The position numbers and the translations under genes are program-made. From Candidatus Moranbacteria bacterium GW2011_GWE2_35_2- (GTDB lineage Bacteria > Patescibacteriota > Minisyncoccia > Moranbacterales > UBA9337), in NCBI GenBank assembly GCA_000990585.1, contig LBQD01000001.1, positions 62,965-126,964 on the forward strand: a stretch of DNA of 64,000 nucleotides, read 5' to 3'. The notes below the pieces were generated by a model. The model was not told the DNA's origin. It saw nothing but the letters and a program-made list of their open reading frames with translations, and made no database searches. Positions 59,470-64,000 of this stretch are shown piece after piece (position 1 is the stretch's first letter; each line of letters begins with the position of its first letter).

Positions 59470-60590
59470 AGTATTGTTATTTCTTTTAATATATTGTCAA
59501 CACGTATTTTTTCTAGTATCTGCGTCGAATTATTGGTTTTGTTGATATTTTTTTTGAATACATTGTCAATGGATTCCGATATGCATTCGGCACAATTTTC
59601 CCTGATAATGTATCCGTTTTTTCCATTTTCGATAAGATCAGCGCTCGCTCCTACTTTTTCAGTGGTAATTACCGGTAATCCACAGGCGATTGCTTCATTA
59701 ACCACTTGTCCCCAAATATCTTGTCGCGATGGAAATAATAATAAGTCTGAAATTCCATAATATTTATATAATTCCTTATATTGTACAAATCCCGCGAAGA
59801 ATACATTTTTTATGTTATCTTTCTTGATAATTTCTTTTAATTTTTCTTCATCAGGACCGGTGCCCATTAGGATGAGAGAAGTGTTAGAATCTTTTTTTAA
59901 GTACTCTTTAAACGCTACAATCATTTCAAAAATACCTTTCATTTCTATCAATCTTCCGCTAAAAAGAATAGTTTTCGTTGTTTTAATCCCTATCTTTTTT
60001 CGGAGTTCGTTTTTTTGATTGTCAGTAAATGAGCGTATTTTTTCTTGAAAAAAATCGACATCAATGGTGTTGTAAAATATCTCCACGTTTTTTTCAGGTG
60101 CTCCTAATGAAATCAGATATTCTTTGGATCTTGTTCCATAGGATAAAAATTTGTGGCTTCTTTTCACGATATATTTTACCAACGGACCAAAGAGGGTCCT
60201 TCTCCAACTCGGTTCATATTTAGTGCTTCCTGACCAAAGAATGAATTCTTTTTTGTTTTTGCGTGCCCACCAGTTTGCTGCGTAAGCAGCAAAATGATCC
60301 CAACCGAAACATATTATTTTATCTGGATTTTCTGATTTCAATAATTTTATCATTCCAAGGTTTATAAAAAAGGTATTTAAATCCTTTCCATGTTCTCTAA
60401 TTGCAAAATTATTTAATATAGTATAGTCAAATTTCATTCCTTGTTCTCGTTTCCAGTTTCTATTTTTATCTGATTCACTTAAAAAAACAACCTTAAGATT
60501 GCGATTATGTTTTTTTAGATAGTCGTAGATTTTGTTAAACAAAAAAACTCGTATCGGACCTATGTAGTTTATGATTATTAAAATTTTCAT
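59466..60590 (-). CDS. GT4 (group 1) glycosyltransferase
   Basis: ...E.FG.V..EA.ACG.PVI.... Confidence 0.82.
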   Translation of the reverse strand: MKILIIINYIGPIRVFLFNKIYDYLKKHNRNLKVVFLSESDKNRNWKREQGMKFDYTILNNFAIREHGKDLNTFFINLGMIKLLKSENPDKIICFGWDHFAAYAANWWARKNKKEFILWSGSTKYEPSWRRTLFGPLVKYIVKRSHKFLSYGTRSKEYLISLGAPEKNVEIFYNTIDVDFFQEKIRSFTDNQKNELRKKIGIKTTKTILFSGRLIEMKGIFEMIVAFKEYLKKDSNTSLILMGTGPDEEKLKEIIKKDNIKNVFFAGFVQYKELYKYYGISDLLLFPSRQDIWGQVVNEAIACGLPVITTEKVGASADLIENGKNGYIIRENCAECISESIDNVFKKNINKTNNSTQILEKIRVDNILKEITIL

Positions 60591-61370
60591 TTATTTCATA
60601 AGGCTCAATAATCGATAAATCATAGTTATCTTGTAATAATTGAATTTATGCAAGAATAATGATGCTGGATATTTTTTTCCGTATTTTTTAGCTAGCCTTA
60701 GTTCATCTTGAAATTGTTTTTTGTTGACACTGCCACTTTTGCTGTTTGGATAATATCTGAAATTCGCCAGATAATTATTAATAACTCCGGCTGGGTATTT
60801 TTGACCGATTCTAAGCCAAAATTCATAATCCATACACAGATGCTCATTTTCATCAAAAAAACCCCTCTCGGCGTGAATTTCGCGCTTCCAGAAGGTTGCT
60901 GGTTGGGAGATGAAATTTTCCGACAGCAATTTCGGGTAGCTGAATTTTTTGAGCAGTAAGTTCTTGTAAGTAGTTATCGGTTTGCGTATTTCTTGATCAT
61001 TTTCGTTTACTATTTTGCATTTTCCATAAGCCCAGAGTTTATCCGGATTTTTTTGAAAAAATTCCGTGACTTTTTTGAATGCTTCCGGTTCATAGGTGTC
61101 GTCGGAGTTGAGATAGGCGACGATTTCGCCGGTCGCCATTTCGAGACCCTTGTTAATTGCATCTGATTGCCCGTTGTCTTTTTCGGATTTCCAGATGACG
61201 CGGTCGGAATATTTTTTCAAAATTTCAATTGTTCCGTCAGTTGATCCTCCGTCCATAATGATATATTCAAGATTCGGATAATCTTGCTTGAGCACGCTCA
61301 AAATCGTCCGTTCAATAAATTCGGCTTGATTGTATGATGGGGTAATAATTGAAATTTTAGGATTGTTCAT
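60591..61370 (-). CDS. GT2 glycosyltransferase
   Basis: [14 protein letters not shown]...DGGSTDGT...NSDD. Confidence 0.85.
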   Translation of the reverse strand: MNNPKISIITPSYNQAEFIERTILSVLKQDYPNLEYIIMDGGSTDGTIEILKKYSDRVIWKSEKDNGQSDAINKGLEMATGEIVAYLNSDDTYEPEAFKKVTEFFQKNPDKLWAYGKCKIVNENDQEIRKPITTYKNLLLKKFSYPKLLSENFISQPATFWKREIHAERGFFDENEHLCMDYEFWLRIGQKYPAGVINNYLANFRYYPNSKSGSVNKKQFQDELRLAKKYGKKYPASLFLHKFNYYKITMIYRLLSLMK

Positions 61371-62292
61371 AATTTTTCAGAAACCATTGGTAGGTATCTT
61401 TGATTCCTTGATTGAGTTCAATTTTGTGCTTCCAATTGAGACTGTGCAATTTGGAAACATCCAGAAGTTTTCTTGGTGTGCCGTCCGGTTTTGATGTGTC
61501 ATTTTTTATTTCTCCTTCAAATCCGACTATCCGTTTGACTGCTTCGGCTAATTCTCGAATGGAAATATCCTGTCCGGTTCCAATGTTTACGATTTCATTT
61601 TCGTTGTAATTTTCCATCAAAAAAATACAAGCGTCAGCCAAATCATCAACGTGCAAAAATTCTCTTTTTGGGGAACCTGTTCCCCAAATCAATACTTCTT
61701 TTTGATTATTGATTTTCGCTTCGTGAAATTTTCGGAGTAGGGCAGGGAGAACATGAGATGAATTCAAATCAAAATTATCATTCGGTCCGTATAAGTTTGT
61801 CGGCATAACAGAAATATATTTTGTGCCATATTGTTTGTTATATGACTGGCACATTTTAATTCCGGAGATTTTGGCAACAGCGTAGGCTTCATTTGTTCTT
61901 TCCAGCGGTCCGGTCAAAAGATATTCTTCTTTGATTGGTTGGGGACATTCGCGCGGATAAATGCAAGAGCTTCCGAGAAAAAGAAGTTTTTTGACTCCAC
62001 TTAGATAGGCATTGTGAATAATATTGTTTTGTATTTGCAGATTTTGAAAAATGAAATCGGCGGGATAGGTATCGTTTTCCAATATTCCGCCAACTCTCGC
62101 AGCTGCCAGAAAAACATATTCCGGTTTTTCTGTTTCAAAGAATTTTTTTACTTCCTGCCAGTCGAGCAGATCTAATTCTTTGTGTGTTTTCAAAACGAGA
62201 TTGTTAAATCCGTTTGATTTGAGATTGCGAATAATAGCTGAACCGACAAGTCCATTATGCCCCGCGATATATATTTTAGAATTCTTTTCCAT
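61357..62292 (-). CDS. fcl: GDP-L-fucose synthase (GDP-4-keto-6-deoxymannose 3,5-epimerase/4-reductase)
   Basis: [14 protein letters not shown]...GSSCIYP...YAVAK. Confidence 0.88.
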   Translation of the reverse strand: MEKNSKIYIAGHNGLVGSAIIRNLKSNGFNNLVLKTHKELDLLDWQEVKKFFETEKPEYVFLAAARVGGILENDTYPADFIFQNLQIQNNIIHNAYLSGVKKLLFLGSSCIYPRECPQPIKEEYLLTGPLERTNEAYAVAKISGIKMCQSYNKQYGTKYISVMPTNLYGPNDNFDLNSSHVLPALLRKFHEAKINNQKEVLIWGTGSPKREFLHVDDLADACIFLMENYNENEIVNIGTGQDISIRELAEAVKRIVGFEGEIKNDTSKPDGTPRKLLDVSKLHSLNWKHKIELNQGIKDTYQWFLKNYEQS

Positions 62293-62302
62293 ATGCTTTG
62301 TC

Positions 62303-63340
62303 TTATGATTCTTTTTTCATATCCGCTTTCATCATTATTTTTACCAATTCTTTGAATTTGGTTTTCGGCTTCCACTTCAATTCCTTTGCCGCCTTTGTCG
62401 GATCTCCCAGAAGTAGATCAACTTCAGTAGGGCGGTAATATCTTGGATCGATTCTAATTATTATTTTCTTTGTATTTTCATCAATTCCAACTTCTTTTTC
62501 TTTTTTTCCTTTCCATTTCAATTTTATTTTGGCGACTTTGCAAGCCTCTTCAACAAATTCTCGCACGCTGTGAGTTTCGCCTGTTGCCAAAACGAAATCA
62601 TCCGGAGTTTTTTGTTGGAGCATCAGCCACATCCCTTCCACATAATCTTTTGCATAGCCCCAGTCCCGTTTGGAATCGATATTTCCCAAATAGAGGCAGT
62701 CATCTTTTCCGGCTAAAATTCTGGCAAGTCCGCAAGTGATTTTTCTGGTCACAAAAGTTTCTCCGCGACGCGGTGATTCATGATTGAAAAGAATTCCATT
62801 GCAAGCGTATAGGTCATAACTTTCTCGATAATTTACGGTTATCCAATAAGAATATAGTTTAGCGACTCCATATGGTGAGCGGGGATAAAACGGAGTAGTT
62901 TCTTTTTGCGGGGTTTCTTGAACAAGTCCGAAAAGTTCACTGGTGGAGGCTTGGTAAAATTTGGTTTTTATTCCTGACTCTTTGATTGCATCTAAAATTC
63001 TCAACGTTCCAATGCCGGTGACATCGGCGGTATATTTTGGAACATCAAAACTAACTTTTACGTGGCTTTGAGCGGCAAGGTTGTATATTTCATCCGGCTT
63101 TATTTTTTCAATTATGCGGCTAATATTGCTTCCGTCCGACAAATCTCCATAGTGCAAAAACAAACGCACATTGTTCAGGTGCGGATCTTTGTATAAATGA
63201 TTTATTCTTCCTGTGTTGAATGAGCTTGATCGGCGAATTATTCCGTGAACCTCGTAGCCTTTTTCAAGAAGTAATTCAGCTAGGTATGATCCGTCTTGTC
63301 CCGTTATTCCCGTTATTAATGCTTTTTTCTTTTTTTTCAT
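62303..63340 (-). CDS. gmd: GDP-mannose 4,6-dehydratase
   Basis: [29 protein letters not shown]. Confidence 0.9.
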   Translation of the reverse strand: MKKKKKALITGITGQDGSYLAELLLEKGYEVHGIIRRSSSFNTGRINHLYKDPHLNNVRLFLHYGDLSDGSNISRIIEKIKPDEIYNLAAQSHVKVSFDVPKYTADVTGIGTLRILDAIKESGIKTKFYQASTSELFGLVQETPQKETTPFYPRSPYGVAKLYSYWITVNYRESYDLYACNGILFNHESPRRGETFVTRKITCGLARILAGKDDCLYLGNIDSKRDWGYAKDYVEGMWLMLQQKTPDDFVLATGETHSVREFVEEACKVAKIKLKWKGKKEKEVGIDENTKKIIIRIDPRYYRPTEVDLLLGDPTKAAKELKWKPKTKFKELVKIMMKADMKKES

Positions 63341-63373
63341 TATCGCGCAGTGTATTAGATTTTTTACGATTGT

Positions 63374-63721
63374 TTATTGTTTGATCTTAGATTCGTCAAT
63401 GGTCTTTTTTCTTACGATTTCAGTCATTTGCTGTTCCAGTCTTTCGATGGCGGAGAGCAGTTTGAATATCATTAGGAATATTAAAAGAAATCCGGCAAGT
63501 ATTACGGCGTTTATATTTCCTTCAAGTCCAATTACGCGAGCCATTATATTGGTAAAAGAAGGAAAGAGCGCAATCAGAATCATTCCACCCCAGACAAAAA
63601 AACGAATGGATAGCTTATAAAAATTCTGACCCGTCTTACCTTTGACAAAATTTACAATTCCGGAATAAATCATCGATGAGGAAACCAGAATTACGATAAA
63701 TTGATATAAATGTAATTGCAT
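63374..63721 (-). CDS. Small 3-4 TM membrane protein (DUF2304-like) commonly found beside GT2 genes
   Basis: Size, TM pattern and C-terminal amphipathic helix; context. Confidence 0.5.
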   Translation of the reverse strand: MQLHLYQFIVILVSSSMIYSGIVNFVKGKTGQNFYKLSIRFFVWGGMILIALFPSFTNIMARVIGLEGNINAVILAGFLLIFLMIFKLLSAIERLEQQMTEIVRKKTIDESKIKQ

Positions 63722-63782
63722 AAGTGTATATTTTTAGATAGCAAACTAATTTTTTTTAGTTTAGCATATTTTTTTAAAATAT

Positions 63783-63817
63783 AAAATGCTTACAAGTCGC
63801 GGACTTGTAAGCATTTT
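63783..63817. terminator. Strong hairpin (GCTTACAAGTC-gcg-GACTTGTAAGC) flanked by A- and T-runs
   Basis: Read directly; sits just downstream of the stop of a minus-strand ORF fragment. Confidence 0.65.
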
Positions 63818-63839
63818 GAGGTTCGTGTCAGTCCAGTTT

Positions 63840-64000
63840 TTAATTTGTTCTTTGTATGCCGAATTTTATAGCTTTGGGGTAGTTCAGCAAGCACCCTGAT
63901 ACATAATAATTGATGTACATGCTGTCATAAAAAACTAACTTTGTCTGCTCTTCCATATCTTCCGACATGGCTATCGCATCCTCCGTAAGAAGCTCGTTTA
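63840..64000 (-). CDS. 3' end of a minus-strand CDS continuing beyond the window (C-terminal ~52 codons)
   Basis: Frame open from the window edge to TAA at 63840-63842, followed by the hairpin. No function assignable. Confidence 0.3.
   Translation of the reverse strand, partial: NELLTEDAIAMSEDMEEQTKLVFYDSMYINYYVSGCLLNYPKAIKFGIQRTN

Noticed and set aside
1-64000. CRISPR arrays, transposases or integrases, rRNA
   Set aside because: No regularly spaced direct repeats of 24-48 nt, no DDE or tyrosine-recombinase-like ORFs, and no rRNA-like conserved stretches were seen.
63820-64000. Structured ncRNA in the GC-richer terminal segment
   Set aside because: It does not fit the SRP RNA or tRNA patterns. 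A minus-strand reading frame is open from the window edge to a stop right before a terminator, so a CDS 3' end is more parsimonious.

Overview
The window is a low-GC, gene-dense bacterial segment with many small genes, lysine/glutamate-rich extensions on ribosomal proteins, no rpmD (L30) and a 3' fragment of fusA. This pattern is consistent with a Patescibacteria/CPR-type genome (inference). UGA is an ordinary stop codon here: fusA ends in TGA. Contents in order: (1) fusA-tuf and a near-complete S10/spc ribosomal-protein cluster (rpsJ through rplO) with unusual gene order and structured intergenic spacers, followed by typA, a small compositionally odd ORF, secY, map and ruvX; (2) a scattered housekeeping block: pilin, GT2, galT, dedA, tpiA, fba, orphan hypC-hypD, prfA; (3) a minus-strand block: a CsoR-type repressor with a palindromic operator in front of an RND pump and its membrane-fusion partner, an inactive tandem-rhodanese protein, fmt-def, and a glycosylation set (GT-C-like membrane protein, GT4, GtrB-like GT2); (4) mnmA, three consecutive uncharacterised proteins, a compact alaS, a tandem-repeat coiled-coil protein, a PIN-PhoH (PhoH2) protein, mreB-mreC-mreD-mrdA; (5) an accessory glycan locus encoding a complete PAPS pathway (sat, cysC, cysQ) next to a PAPS-type sulfotransferase, a Wzx-like flippase, large polytopic membrane proteins, and a minus-strand deoxy-sugar module (gmd, fcl, WecE-like aminotransferase, GNAT, several GT2/GT4, methyltransferase). 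No rRNA, tRNA, CRISPR array or transposase was recognised. The most plausible novel element is the sulfated-glycoconjugate locus. Secondary candidates are the three-protein unknown cluster at 38.4-39.7 kb and a repeated ~35-nt intergenic element inside the ribosomal operon.
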